A stretch of 63,727 bases of DNA, counting the filler, from Reticulomyxa filosa (taxonomy: Eukaryota > Protista > Foraminifera): NCBI GenBank assembly GCA_000512085.1. It is 13 parts of 13 records of this genome, joined end to end, with 100 filler letters (N's around TTAATTAATTAA, not from the genome) between each part and the next. Parts side by side here need not be neighbours in the genome. Positions count along the whole stretch, not along the records: positions 1 to 30,727 come from ASPP01007854.1; 12 more parts are not named here. One strand, written 5' to 3'. Below the pieces are notes generated by a model. The model was not told the DNA's origin. It saw only the letters and a program-made list of their open reading frames with translations, and made no database searches. Position 1 is the stretch's first letter; every line of letters starts with the position of its first letter. Of this stretch, positions 11,368-25,500 are shown piece by piece. Both the position numbers and the translations under genes were made by a program.

Positions 11368-13761
11368 TTACATAGTAGTTGATGTTTCATCAGTAGTAGT
11401 CGGACTTTTTCCTTCAATTTCTTGGTCTCCTTTGCTCCTTTTCTCGTCTGTATATTTTTTTTTAGCCGATTTTTTAGTTCCAGAGTTAGTGACTTTTTTG
11501 GTCTCTGGAATCACTTCTATATTTTTGTGTTGGTTATTGTAATCAATAACAGCCTGTTGATTGGCCTTGAAGTACCAAAAGTAACCAACAACCGCACCGG
11601 CCACTAACAATACAAATGTTCCACAGCTGACAATTATAATAGTCAGCAAGACATTTTTAGTGATTAATTTGGAGTTTGAAGTCGAATCAGGATTCTGAGA
11701 AGCAACAACGACACTACGTACAAACACTTTTTTTTGTTTTTTGTGCACAACCAACCAATTTCATGTCAACTTTTTTTTTATATAAAAAAAAAAACACACA
11801 CACATACACATAATAAGTACAAACACAAATCGCGCACTTTGGTGGTTGCTGCCACTTGAGATTGTATCGTTGTAGCTAGTTAATTTCAATGACATGGCAA
11901 TGTCATTCGCGGCCGTGTTATTTGGACATAAAAAAACCAGACAGTGATTGGTGAAATTGATGTAAGACGAAGTCCATAAAGCAGATCCTTTGCCATTCTC
12001 CTGTAAATAGTCTTCGGTCTCCACTTGCGCCCATTCCAACAGTGAGTTTTCACAATTGCTGTTTGAATCGTTGCAATGAATTGAAAAGTATATTGTCACT
12101 TTTGCATATCTTGACGGTTGGACGACAATACCCGATTTAGCATAAGCATACGTATACATACACATGTAGTACATAGTTTTTTTTTTTTTTTTTTTTTTTT
12201 GTGCAATAGCATTTTCATCCACACTACAGACACACACACACAAAAAAGCATATTATTCGGACATACGTGACTCTCGTTGGGGAGGGGGTCGTTGTTGTAG
12301 TAGTGTCATCGTCAGACGAATCAGTGGTTTTGGTCTCATTATGGTATGCTGGATAAAGGGTTGGTTTATGAGTAGGCCTACTAGTAGGAGGCTTACTAGT
12401 AGGAGGCATACCAGTAGGAGGCATACCAGTAGGAGGCATACCAGTAGGCTTACTAGTAGGAGGCATACCAGTAGGCATACCAGTAGGAGGCATATCAGTA
12501 GGCTTAGTAGTAGGCATGCGTGACGGAAGGATCGGTATCGGTGACTGAGTGGGGAGCTGGTGAGTAGTTGAAGACATCGGACTACGTGTCGGGCCCTGGG
12601 CTATGCCAAACGATGGCCCAGTGGTGGGCTGATAAGTATTAGGTTCTGCATTCAGCTTGAAGCGAAATTTGGACGATCTTGATTCTGTACATATTTTCAT
12701 AAATATGCAAATATAACATAAACGTATACATACATATATGTGCACATATATGTATTTATGTAATTATTCCTTGGCAAGTCCATGACATTGAGGCTGAGTG
12801 CTTTAGAGGACATTGTCGACTCAGGTCTCCACCAAAATGCTAACAAAAACACCGAACAATATTAATCCCCACCCTCTTTTTTTTTTTTTTTTTAGTGCAG
12901 CACAGTTCAAGGACATTAACAACATTTACACATACCAAAAGAAGGCGTTCACAAGAGGAAATATCCGAGCATGTAATATTGACATTGGAAAGACCTCCAT
13001 TGTTCCAAATGTCCACATCCTTTTTTTATTATTATTATTATATTTTGAGGGATTTTTTTTTTTTTTTTTATTGATAGAAAAAAAAAAAGGGGGAGGGAAG
13101 GAAACTAAAAACTTTCTTTTTCTTCCCTCCCCCCTTTTTTTTTTTTTATAATCTTATAAAAGGACAATAAGAACAAAAAAGACCCTACGTGGCATAAAAC
13201 GTCTTGTGTTTGATTGAATGGTGTGGTGGAACACATGAGATGACAGAGAGAGGTTGAAAAGTCTGTATGATAGGGACAGTGCAGGTGAATGTCGTGACAT
13301 GAATCTCTGGCAGCGCAGTTCAAGGACATTTGATGACCGGCCTTGCCGAGGATTTGCATGCGAACGCAACTCTCTGGAGACATGCAGTGCAATTGCACGT
13401 TATCGTTTGCGCTCATCGATTGAAAAACTACATTTTCGCCTGCAAGCGCTTGGCTGCTCATTATTACTATACTTCGATGCCCTAATGACCATTTCGATGT
13501 TATATGCATATTTGAACCACTCTCCTCTTCGCTTAACAGGATTATCGCTGACACAGCTTTCTCTCCTATTACGTATTTCATGTCCTGACACGATCTCTTC
13601 CCAGTGCATCTTAACACACACTTCTCATGTACGCACGTCATCTCTTTATTACAGTCGTCGGGCCCTTTGCATTCCACCACCTCTGTTGTTAATGCTTTAT
13701 TGAGATGGGCTAATACAATTATTGACCAAAATAAGCCAATTATCAAGCTATCTACTTTCAT
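11368..13761 (-). CDS. Type I membrane/surface glycoprotein: signal peptide, Cys-rich repeats, Pro/Thr mucin stalk, TM helix, short basic tail
   Basis: Collinear minus-strand ORFs 13105-13761 (signal peptide, repeated C..xxSC motifs), 12224-12745 (PT repeats), 11761-12243 and 11368-11754 (TM VLLTIIIVSCGTFVLLVAGAVVGYFWYF) are separated by homopolymer-rich introns. Confidence 0.7.
12360..12520 (-). repeat. Coding minisatellite (12-15 nt units) encoding PPTGM / PTSK mucin repeats
   Basis: Repeated CCAGTAGGAGGCATA and ACTAGTAGGAGGC units on the + strand. Confidence 0.9.
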
Positions 13762-14150
13762 ATTTCTTGCGCTCTCAGTAGGAAACTTCTATTAGTTATA
13801 GAAAAGGTTTACACTTCTTTTTGTAACGGCTAAACTTCTCTGACAAAACGATCAACCACATACGCTATTAATGAATTGTATTAAAGTAATTATTTAAGAA
13901 ATTTTCACAGTATACAACGATCTTAAAGTTTATTTATCCATGTCTACTTTATTTCGAACAAAGAATAAAAGCCTTCAAATTTGTGAAAACAACAGAAGCT
14001 GAACGTTTTCTTTTTCTTTATTTGAAATTATAACAAGGTATTGGTATTAATTAGTTTATTTTAATTTGCTTTTGAAAAGGAATGTAGTTTTTTAACATTT
14101 TTAGTATAAATTATTAAATAGGGCGAAGAAAAAGAAGTATGAAAAATGAC

Positions 14151-17100
14151 TCAAGGTCTTGAAGTTTGAGAAAGATGAAAAGAACTGGAATTTATTAAAC
14201 CATTTTTTCTATGCAACGAAAAGATTTCTGCTTTAAGGAGCTCAATTTGTGCTGTCTATGTAAATTTTTTTTGTTAACTTTCGTCCCTGTCATATGTATA
14301 TATATTGAAGGAGTGTCTAAAAAAAAAAAGCGCAAACTTGTTCGTTTGCAACTTCGATGAGTGCTTCCAACTCTTGACTTTGCCTTTGAGTGATTGGTGT
14401 AGTGTCTTCAATCTATTCAAAGCAAGTCAAATAACATTTAAAAAATTAAAGCAAACGGATCCATTCAAAAAACATTGGCAGCAAAAACCAATCATACTTT
14501 ATTATTTTCAATACACACTCAACAACAGCAATGGAAGCAATAGCTTCCATTTCTTTATCTAAGGCATTAATTTTGGACAACAACTTTGCTTCCAACTCCA
14601 ATTTCTGAGTATTTTCTTGCATCACGGCACTGAACTCTTCTCTTGCAGAAAGTGTTCGTTTCTTCCACGTTTGCAGCTTGCTTGTACCTTCTTTTTCTAT
14701 CCTATATGCGCAATATATGAGTAAATAATTTTTTTGCATACGTGCGTAATAAATACGACATAACAAAAAAAAAAAAAAAAAAAAAAAAAGTGTCTGAAAT
14801 ATAAAGGAATAACTTATCCAGCTTCATTTGTAAAGCTGTAGCACCTCCATCATTTTCGGCTTTGTCCAGCACTTCCATTGGTACCAAGCGACCATATTTC
14901 AGGTATTGCACTTCTTCACATTTATGTTTTTCAAGGTCTATGCACGCCTTCACAAAATACATAAATCGAATCTAGTAAACATGCTTAAATACGTGCATAC
15001 AGCAATTGTGGAGGGACTGAGATTACCTCTTCCTCAATCCTTTCAAATTTTTGTTTTATTTCGTTTTATTTTTTTGCAGTAACTTGTTTTTCATTGATTC
15101 TCTTTGTCAACATTTTGTGTTGTTTTTTCAATTCTTTGTAGTCTTTTTTTAGCGTTGTCTGTATATCATTTTCCCCCCCCCCCCCCCGGCCCCAACATAT
15201 AAATTTTTTTTTTTAGTAGTGTACTTTGTCATGACGTATACTCTCTCTCACTTTCTTTGGAGCAAACAACAACAATAACAAAAACTCCTCCTTGCACACA
15301 CTTGCTCGAATTCTTGCTCTTGCACTCTCTTTTGCAATTTTTCCAAGCCATTTAGTTCAAACACTAACACGTGGTCAATGTTTGCAGGTAAAATTGGATG
15401 CGAAAATCTGTGCTATAACAATAGTGTAACAGCAAAGAAATTGAGTATCGAGAGGGAAAAAAAACAAAAAAAAAAAAAATAAGCCTCTATTTTTTTTTGT
15501 GATAAACTTCATCAGTTGGGACAGTCTCAAACGGTGCTTGATAGCTTTCTTTTTGGATAATTTTAATCTGAGATTGCGACAAGGGAACCGTCACAATTAT
15601 TTTGTTTAGTTTTTTTTGCTTTTCTGTTTGAAACTCTTGAATTTCTAATTCTGCTGATTGCAAGTTTCTATAACGTATATACGTATATGTGTGCTTTTTT
15701 TTTGCCAAAATTCTGTATACGTTTGTGCGTCATTATGATAAATAGACTCCAAACTTGTCAACGATTTTTTCTTTATGTTGCAGTGCCTGATGTTTGGTCC
15801 TGACCTCATCCGCAGTTTTTTGGAGATCTGCCAAGGCATCTTCTTCGTCCAGTTTTTTTTCACGCAATTCTATGACTTTATCAAAAATTGTAGTGTCACA
15901 ATCCTTTGGGCAAGAGTCGTCTCCTTCTTCGCTGGCACTATCATTCTCCACATCGTTACTACTTTCTAATGTCTCATCACTGTTTGATGATTCATCTCCG
16001 TTTTCAGTACGCTTATTTTTAGTTTTTTAAAATTACTAAATATTTTATTTTATTTATTTTTAGAAAATTAACAAACCTTTTTTCTTTTAATTTTTCTTGT
16101 AAACACTCTTTTTAGTTGCTCATAAAATGGATTTCTTTCGCCGACAATACTGTTAAACTCTTGTGTAATTTTTTTCACTTTTTCATCACATGCTGTAATT
16201 TCTTCTAGTTTTCGTGCTAACTTTTGTTGACACTCTGTTGTGTCAATACTTATCTATTATTTTTAGTAAATTCAAACAAGCCCCCGTTAACAGAAAAAGT
16301 TCGCGCTCAATCGACATTTCGATGAGAAACAATTTTGGCAGTAATTTAGTTTCGTTTTCCTAGCATTTAAAACAACATGAAAAATTTAAAAGATGTACTT
16401 GTGATTTTTCCGTCTCGAATCTTAATAATTTTTCGTTCAGTTCGTTTTCCCTGCCTTCGAATTCTTTCAAAACGTTGAACTCCTTCCACAATTTTAACAA
16501 CTTTGTGTCAGTAAACTTCAAACTTGAAGCCACTTTATACTTCTCTTCTCGCAGTTCAATAACTGTATTATCAAACGTTTCTACTGCCGAATTGATTTTT
16601 TCCAATAATACCTTTCTTTCATACTTTTTTATATTTTATATTTAAATTAAAACAATCTTTACCTATCTATCAGTCCTTCTTTTTCCTTGATGTCTTTGAA
16701 TAAAGAAATTGTGGCTGTGCATTGAAAAAAGGCTTTAGTAAGGAGACTCCATACCTCCAATTGTCGTTTCTTCACATACTTCTCTCGGACTTCTAATGAT
16801 GATGAGCGCACCAGTAACAGGCGTGTCTGATATGCTGACAAATAACTCTGTCTACGGATACTTGAAGAAGAAGTTTTTCTTGATGTTGGTTGTACTTTCA
16901 GCCATACAAGAGACATGGATATAGGTAATGCAAAAGTCAAGATCAAACAAATACAATAAAAATAAAGTAAACCAGCTTTTGCAAGAGAATACGTTGATTC
17001 TTCATCTTTTCCAAAAGCATTATCTCCTCCAGCATTTATTTCCTTTTTTTCATCTTCTAATATTTTTTCAAATGCTTTTGCTTCCTATTTTTTGTAGTCA

Positions 17101-20100
17101 TTGTTTTAGTTTTGTGTTAAAAGAGGGGATGCCACAAAAGAAAAAACTCTTGAATTAGTACAAAATCATATAACCTCTTTAGTATAATGATATCGATGTT
17201 CTGGTGAAGGATCTTCTTGCAACAATGGAGCTAATCTTTCTTCTGGAATATCTATTGTCAATTCTGTGTCAATTTCTTGTAGCCTCTTCATGTCGCTTTG
17301 AATGCTTTCAATAATTTTTTTTTTTAAGTTACGTAAAGATAATACTCGTTGATTAAGTTGCATTTGCATAAGGTTGGCTGCTTCCAACAATAATATCATT
17401 TCTTTTCTTTTTTGGGAAGCGCCAATATGTTTGTCAATAGGAACCTTATAATCTTCTGCAGATTTTAATTTATAATCGCCGACGTTTTGTTTCGCTTTTT
17501 TAATTGCTTCAATGTCTTTTGGATCGTCTGTATTTTCATCCGGTTTTTCTAGCAGCATCACGTCTAATTTAGACTTTATCTGCTCTCGTATATGCTTTCT
17601 AGTTCAAATAAACAAATTTAAGTAAACGTAATAATTAATTTAAATTTTAAACAAAAATTAAAATTGAAAACTAAATAGTCGTGTGTATAACTTCTGCAGA
17701 GAGGCCTTTTTTTGACATGGACTTTTGATAAATGTTGACGCACTTTGCTTATCATTAATATTTGTGTTGATGTGACTGTCATCCAGTGCAGGATTATTAT
17801 TTACATTTTCACTTTTTTTCTCTTTATATTCGTTTCCTGTGTTTTTGTTGCCATTACTGACAGAATTAATGTAATCCGATGATTTGGCCGACGAGTTGGC
17901 GTCCGTTTCATGCACCTTTTTAAGAAAAGTTTTTGTAAATTTTTTTTTTAGAATAACCCCCTACATTCATATCTTTATTTAAACTTTTGCAATGTCCTGC
18001 TGAAGCCATTCAGGCAGAGCTGGAGTTCGGAATGAAGAAATTTTGTGTCCAGATCGAAATGCAGACACTTCAATTTTCTCAGCAATAACTTGTTTCAAAA
18101 AAGCATTTTCCACTTTTTGCAAAACAGCCAATATCCTTTCTGACTCGGAAGCCGTTCTTTGTTTGACTTGAGCAACCTGTTTTGTTTATTTATTAAAATT
18201 GCATTTCTAATTTGTTTGTGATTAAGGATTTTAAACAATATTTCATACCTGTTTCTCGTTTTGTGTGGCCATTTTTCTTTTAATGAGTTATCGATATTCA
18301 GATCTGACTCTGTAAAATTCAATCCCACGTTCAAAAAAGGAGCAGCTTTTCGATAAAGCTGTTTTTTTTTTGATGAATATCCTCAATCGACGCTTTCATA
18401 TCTGCTTTCCACGTCTGTGCTTCACGGAGCGATTCATCCTTTTTTTGCGTGTACAAACAAATATAAATTCAAAAATACAACTCTTATTGTAAGTTTTTGT
18501 TTATTAGGCTCTCGTGTGTCAATACAAACTATTTTTTTTTGTTTCTTTTCGCTCTCGACGCTATAATCCTGAGCACTCTTGTCTGTGCAATCGCTTTCAC
18601 TTTCTAAAGGCTGAACGTTGGAGTCGGCTAAACTTTTGAACTGAGGAGCCCCTTCCGGCTCATTAGTGCTTGCGATTGAGTTTGCAAGCCAAACAAAAGA
18701 TTAATTTGACATTCGAACCAATGTATATGATCCAAAATAAATAAAAAAAGAAACCTGTTTTGGAATTTGCTCCTGTCAAACGCGTGAACAAAAAGAGCAC
18801 CGTCTTTAGTACTGGATATTAAGAATCGGTCGTCAAAAGAAAGTGATAGAAAGCATTTATCCGACCATTTGCTTGCAATTCTCAGCGACACATATGCCTG
18901 AATATTTTATGTTGTTTTGTTTTGTTAAGCTATCCTCACTACTGAAAGGAGGTCTTGTATTTTGCTATGCAGCCACTCCAAAAAAACATCAAAACAAAAG
19001 AAAAAAAAAATGGAGTCCCACATACATTGTAGTCTTGGGCCGAACGTATTTGGATCAAGCTGCTGACAGTGGCAAATAACAAAAAAAAGCGACTTGGCGA
19101 AAAGGCCATATAGTTAATCGGTTCATCACAAAACGATTTGAATGCTTTTGTACCCGTTTTTTCATCGAACCAATAATCACAAGCGGCCACAGTCTGTGTG
19201 CTGTCTCTTTCCTTTGTGCTGTTGTCACTCTGAAGAGTCCATTCATAAAAGTATGGCATATTGCTTTCGCCGATTGTTAGGGATAACAAAAATACATCAT
19301 TTGTGCAAGGGTTATTAATGGTGTCCGAGAGAGATTTGGAGTGAGTGGGCACTCCTAGCAAACAGCAAATTTGCCAAGGCACTCGTTTAAAATCAATCCA
19401 TTTTAAGTTGTCTGTTTTATTTGAAGTGGTCGGTCTATCTTGAGCTGATTTATTCTCTGGCATGTCCTGCCCCCCGAGTTGTACCGATAATTGAGGCACA
19501 ACAGAGACTCTGTTTTTTCCCTCCTCTTCTTTTTGCACAGGATCAAATGGAGTGAATTCCACGTACTTTGGAGTGTGAAACTGGGTCGGGATGCAATAAG
19601 TGGAACGGGAGTCGATTGCGCTTACATTGGGTAGTGGAAATGCCACGATTGAATGCGAGTGATAACTGTAAATATAGGCGTCTGATATATTCCAGTGCCA
19701 GTTAAACAAGGGGCCTGTACTTTGTGGTTGCGGGATAAATGTTAAAGGGGTTATCGCAACGTTTCCAAGTCCATCAAACTTTATTATTATTTTTTTTTTT
19801 GGAGCAAATAAAATGATTAAAAATGAATAAAAGAACAACAAGTAGTATAATTACTATATAAGGAGAAAACAAAAAAATGGACAAAATGTCACCGACCATA
19901 ATTTTAGAAAAAAATATCTCTTGAGTTGTAACAGTGACTACGTATTCACCACTCTTTGCAATACTGCCGTTGACAACTGCCTCATTGTGTAACCTAAGAC
20001 TTTTTTTTAATACAAAGTTGGTGGATCCTTGTTGATAAATTCGGATTACACCATCACTGCAACCCATTAGATCTTTTTTTTTTTTGTTTATTTGTCTCAA

Positions 20101-22100
20101 TATGTACAAAAAAAAAAAAGAGCTCACGATTGTGATCGATATCAAAAAAATTAAAAAAAAAATGCAAAGGGATACGTAACAAAAGTAAGGAGTAGACAGA
20201 GGTATGACAAAGTGAATTGCAGCTTGACAGTTTTTCTGAACGTCACAACTCTTACTTTGCAAATTGAAATTACGTATCGTGTTGTCCAATCCCACGCATA
20301 CAAAATTATGTGAGGAATAACTCGGTACCACTCCTTTGATTATTATTACAAGTAGTCTTTTTTTTTCTTTCAGTTATGTTTCTATTTATACAATAAAGAT
20401 CAAAAGCGAACCTGTAATTTCAAGTCCTGGAAACTCCAAAACACTGACACACTCCAAACTTTCGCGGCTCAATATCCATATATGCCCGTATGCGTCTTGG
20501 ATAATCCACTCTTTTTCTTGGTTTTTGACTACACTTGTCAGCAGACACTTTTTGTCGTTTTCGAGTCGTTTTGCTTCTTTTTTACATTGAGTATCTGTTG
20601 TGTCGCCGATAAATATCTGCCGAACTAATGTCAGTTCAAAATGATCCGACTTCTCAGACGGCTCAAAATATTCCAAATCATCCATTTCCCAGATTTTAAT
20701 AAAACCATCTTCACCTGCACTAATCAAGCCCAATTTATCATCCATCTCCAAGTAAATTATGTCTCCATCATGACATGGCTTCGTCTCAATACTTTCCTTT
20801 TGATTCTTGTTCTCACTGACATCTTCACTACTCCCATCCATTTTTTCAGTTCTGGCTGAGGTTATGTCGCTGTTGCTGTCCTGTAGTTCTGAACGTTTGA
20901 GACTTCTATTTTCGACTTCTTCTTCACACTCCTGCTCACCCAAAGCATTATCGGAATCAATTGAATTATTGCTTGAAATGTGGCTGCCTTCTGAGGTTGA
21001 ACGTCGAGTTGTAAACTTTTTTCTTTTTCTTGAACGGTTGGTGGCACCAGCATACACTGTGTATTGAACTTTATCGCCTTGCCACATTAATAATATCCCA
21101 CTTTCGCTGCCAGTCAAAATTTTTCCACTATTAAATTCTACAAACGCGTGAATATCGCTTATATCAATTTTTCCAAACTTTCCTGTTTTTCCTTGAAGCT
21201 TTAGTCCTGTGAATGTTTTGGACATTTCCCAAAAGCGGATGTGCCCACTTCCACATGTAATCAGCCGGTTCTATTTTATTAAAATGAATATAACTTATTT
21301 TATCAGTGTTTTTTGGGCCGTACGTCGAAAGGGGAGAAGTCAAAAAAAATACATTAGCAACTCGCTCATCTTCAACTTACATTGTCAAATGGAGAGAATC
21401 CAACAGTGAAGATGTCCTGCGAAAATGCCTTTGTTCTTAAAATGATTGTTCCGTACGTCCAATTCCAAATCGTCAACATGTAGTCTGGTGAGGTGCTAAC
21501 ACTTGCCAAGTATTGGCCATCTGGGCTGAATTGCATGTCACTGTACCCTTTTTCAGAGCCCTGTAATATCATTCAATAAAGATATTATTTACTATTCCTC
21601 CTTCTCCCTCTTCTACCTCCTTTAAATTTATATCCTAACATTTGACAAAGTCTGGTGTTCTTCAAAGGAAGGATACTGATAAATGTAAATATTGGGGTTT
21701 TTTCCAAGTTCGCCACACGCAAAATACTGATGACTGGGATGAATCGCTATAGCTCCAATACCATCCATATGGCCATGAATAATTTTTTTGATAGTTTTGT
21801 CACTGATGCTGATTTTTTTTCAAACTTATGTTTACATTGACCCATTGGCTAAATTGTAAGAAAATTATAAAGTAATTTGTACCTGATCAGCTGAATAGTA
21901 TTACCAACAATAAAAAGTAATGTATCATTTTGTATGCATCGAATATTGTTCCTTTTGTATAACGAAAAGCCTTTATAGTTTTCGTTGCATTGTGTTTTCT
22001 ATCTCTTCATCATTAAAAAAATTTATGTTTCAATAGCAACAGATGTAACATACCAAAGGACGCATATAAATCCAAGCAATGAGACATTTGCTTGCAATGT
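14151..22100 (-). CDS. CFAP44: Cilia- and flagella-associated protein 44 (WDR52), many exons
   Basis: Family motifs: LASVSTSPDYMLTIWNW..IILRTKAFSQDI, GSGHIRFWEMSKTFTGLKLQGKTGKFGKIDISDI, NVGDYKLKSAEDYKVP, DDSCPKDCD..FDKVIELREKKLD, QKKLNKIIVTVPL, QYLKYGRLV, and C-terminal IELLKAEIFSLHRKNG...stop at 14151. The start exon is approximate. Confidence 0.9.
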
Positions 22101-22517
22101 TGTTTCTGCAGTGTAGTGATGGGTTTATTGTGTTTATATTACTATGACAACATATATTCAAATTTTCTTTGGCGTCATTATGCTATAATATTGAAAGTCT
22201 GCAAACTTACATAAGAGGAGGAACATTTTAAAAATATCTAAAGAAATTTTTTTTTTTGTACTCTCGGAATAAATGGAAAAATCGCTTTGGTACGGGGCGT
22301 TAAACGTTTTCTTTACAAATCAAAAATAGTGGACCAAGACAACACAAACTCAAAGAATGAGAACAATCAATCTTTCAAAAGTACAAAAAATAAATACTAT
22401 TGGCTAAAAAAAGTTTTAACTGTCGATGTTTGGAACAAAAATATTATTAAAAAAGAAATATTTTTGTGTATGTTTTTTTTATTTATTAAAAAAATTGCAG
22501 TTTATTTTGCTGTTGTT

Positions 22518-25500
22518 TTATTTTTCTCTCTCCGTATGTCTGACAATGTCAGCCAATTGATCAATGTGTTTTTCTGACATTTTGTATTGCGTAGCAAATT
22601 CCTGATACAAAAGCTTTTGAATTTGAGGTATTTCAGTGATCTCGTATCTCCCTTGTTGATATTGCATCAATTTTTCAATTTGGTCATTAAGCATCATCAT
22701 CTTGACATAGTTGACACCCCCAGTTTCGGTACTTGTATCTTCTTTGCCCTCGTCAATGATAAATAGCACTTGCAAATACAAGCCGATATGAGGTACTGCA
22801 GGCGCAATGCTTTGTTCTTGCAATTGTCTTAGTTTGGTCATGCGCCAGTCAAAAAAATCGTTAATTTCGTCCCATTCTTTGCGACTAGTACGAGGAAGTT
22901 TCTAAATCCAAAAAAAAAAAAGAAAAAAAAAGGTGAATAAACTCTTATATACATTAATATAATATATATATTATATTAATGTATATAAGAATTTATTCAA
23001 AACGTAACATCCCACGTTAATCTTAATTTTTTGATATCAGCACTGTTGAGTGCGGCATGGCAGGCACAAAAGCTGCTGAAATTTCGATTTTTTGTAACGA
23101 CTTCATCATGGTGACAATCTTTTTGATAATGTTGGAGCGTTCTTTGGGCGTCTTTCCTCCCAGCACCGTCAGCTGCGTCCATTTCGAGACACTATTGAAT
23201 TGAGCGATCATGCGCAATACATTGGGGGCTAATTTCCATTTTTCCTCCCCCTTTTTTTTCCACGACTGGCCGATGCACTCTCTCGCTTTGATCTGTTTGA
23301 ACAGATAAAAGTCCATCGACGTCAGCTGCTGAGCAAGTTCATCCGGGTCAAGCAGCATCAAATCCATTCCACTGGGCACCACCAAGTCGCTTTTTTCGAG
23401 ATGAGGCCAGCGTAAATGGACCTGGTCTTTTCGGTATTTCTCTTCTTTGTCTGCCATCTCATTGCCATTGCCATTGCTTTTTGACTTTCCACTGGATGTT
23501 GCACTTTCCAAACTGTTTCTGCTCCTATTAAAAAAAAAAAAAAAACGAAGCTGAGAAAAAAAAAACTACATATGTACATATATGCCTACGTATAATACAA
23601 AACCGAGTAACGTCTGGCCCCTTGACAGACTGAAAAGACTTGCCATTGTTGACGCTTTGCAAAGTGTTGTCCAATTTTTCTTTCAAGTTTTGTGCTTTGG
23701 AAGGCTCGCACACTTGGTCGATGTCTTGTTGAAACTCGGTGATCTGCTGAAGCAACTCCTTTTGCGAGACAAAGTCTTCTTCCCAGTAGTGTTTTATCCA
23801 AAACCTCACAACGTTGCACACGCGCACGCGTACCAACCAGTCTTTTGCCTCCTTGTCTTTTTCCCTCTCTTTCTCATTGCCGATGCTATTTTCGGGGTCG
23901 TCTTCCAATTGAAACTGGTGAAACTGATCTCCTTCACGAAATTGGGTCCGTAATTGTTTCATCAATGAACTGTTTTATACATATACAGCATTGAAAATTT
24001 TTTTTTTTTTTTTTAAAAGGAGGGGGGGGAAAAAAAATTGAACTTTTTTAAATTTTTTTTTTTAAAGTTCAAACAACATACGCACTATCAGCAAATGATT
24101 TATGACACAAGATCAAAGCATTCAAAGTCTTTTGCATGTCATGGCCAATGGGAGAAGTGATATCAATGACCAAGTCAGCCAAAGTCCAAACCCGAGACTC
24201 TTTGCTTCCGCGAGAGCTGCTGTGCCCACTTCGCGTGCCACCATCATCGCCTCTTTGCTGCTGTTGTTGTTTGGTATCAGTGTCCTCCTCGACGACGCTA
24301 TTGTGATGCCGATGTTTTTGTTTGTCGTTTTCGTCGCTGTTTCCAGACCCAATACTTTCGCTCCGCACATTAGTCGTACTTGCAGCACCACCAACACTTG
24401 CAAGAGCAGTAGCAGAAGTTGAAGGCAATGGTTTGACTGGAGGCACTCGATTGGCCACCACGGCCCTGGCTCGCTTGAGACGTCCGACGCCTTCAGAGTC
24501 GTCGCCTCCACCGCCTCCGCCTCCTCCGCCGCCGCCGCCGCTTTCTCCAAAGGCCACGGCGGCCCATGGTGAAGACTGATGCACGTCGCTGAGACTCTCT
24601 CGACCATTGTGCGCGTCGTCCTGGCCTTGGTCGTCGTATTCCAACACAAAGTGATTCAAGAACGGAGGGGACGGGTCGATGTCCGACTTAGTCTTGAAAT
24701 GTCCTCCTATCCCTACTCCTCCGCTGTCCTCTTTGTGTAATTTCAATGCCGACGATGACGACATCACCGACTTTGTGTTCGTCGAACTCTGCGTCGTACC
24801 CGTCGACGATGTCATCGCCGTTATCGTCTTGTAGTGCGCGCTACGTCGCGTCGGCGGGGGAGGCTTACGGTTCGGCGGGTTTGGCTTGTGTCGTGGCGAC
24901 GTCGTCCAAACCGAGTTCTCTGCGTGCTGCCCGCTCTTCAAACCCGTCGGCGATGGAGATGACTCCACGCCGTCGGACGTATACGAATGACGATGATTGC
25001 TTGGGATCACTGCTCTTAGGCCACTCGTATTGCTTGGGTTTTTTTTAAAAAAAAAAGATTATATATACATATACATAAATATATGTATATACATATGTAT
25101 GCATGCTTTGCATGTTTGCTTCATGTAACAAAAAAAAAGATACCTTTGAGGGGTTGGAGACAATCTTGCAGTGGTAACGAGCTCTTCTGTGGCGGAGTCG
25201 GTAGAGTCTTCCGTCTCGTGCTTGATAAATTCGTCTGGACTTTGTAACATTTTAGGCGGAGCTGTTGAGCGCTTCTTTTTCTGTACTTGTCCCAACACCA
25301 TGGCAGTATTAACACACAAACAAACTTACATTAAAAAAATACATATAAATATATATATAAATATATATATATATATTTATATATACATGTATATTAAAAT
25401 GAATTTATTTAATAGGCATTAAATGTCAATGGCACATATTAAAATAATAATAATAATAAATAAAAAAAAAAGTTTGAGAAAAACTGAGTTGTCACTTTGA

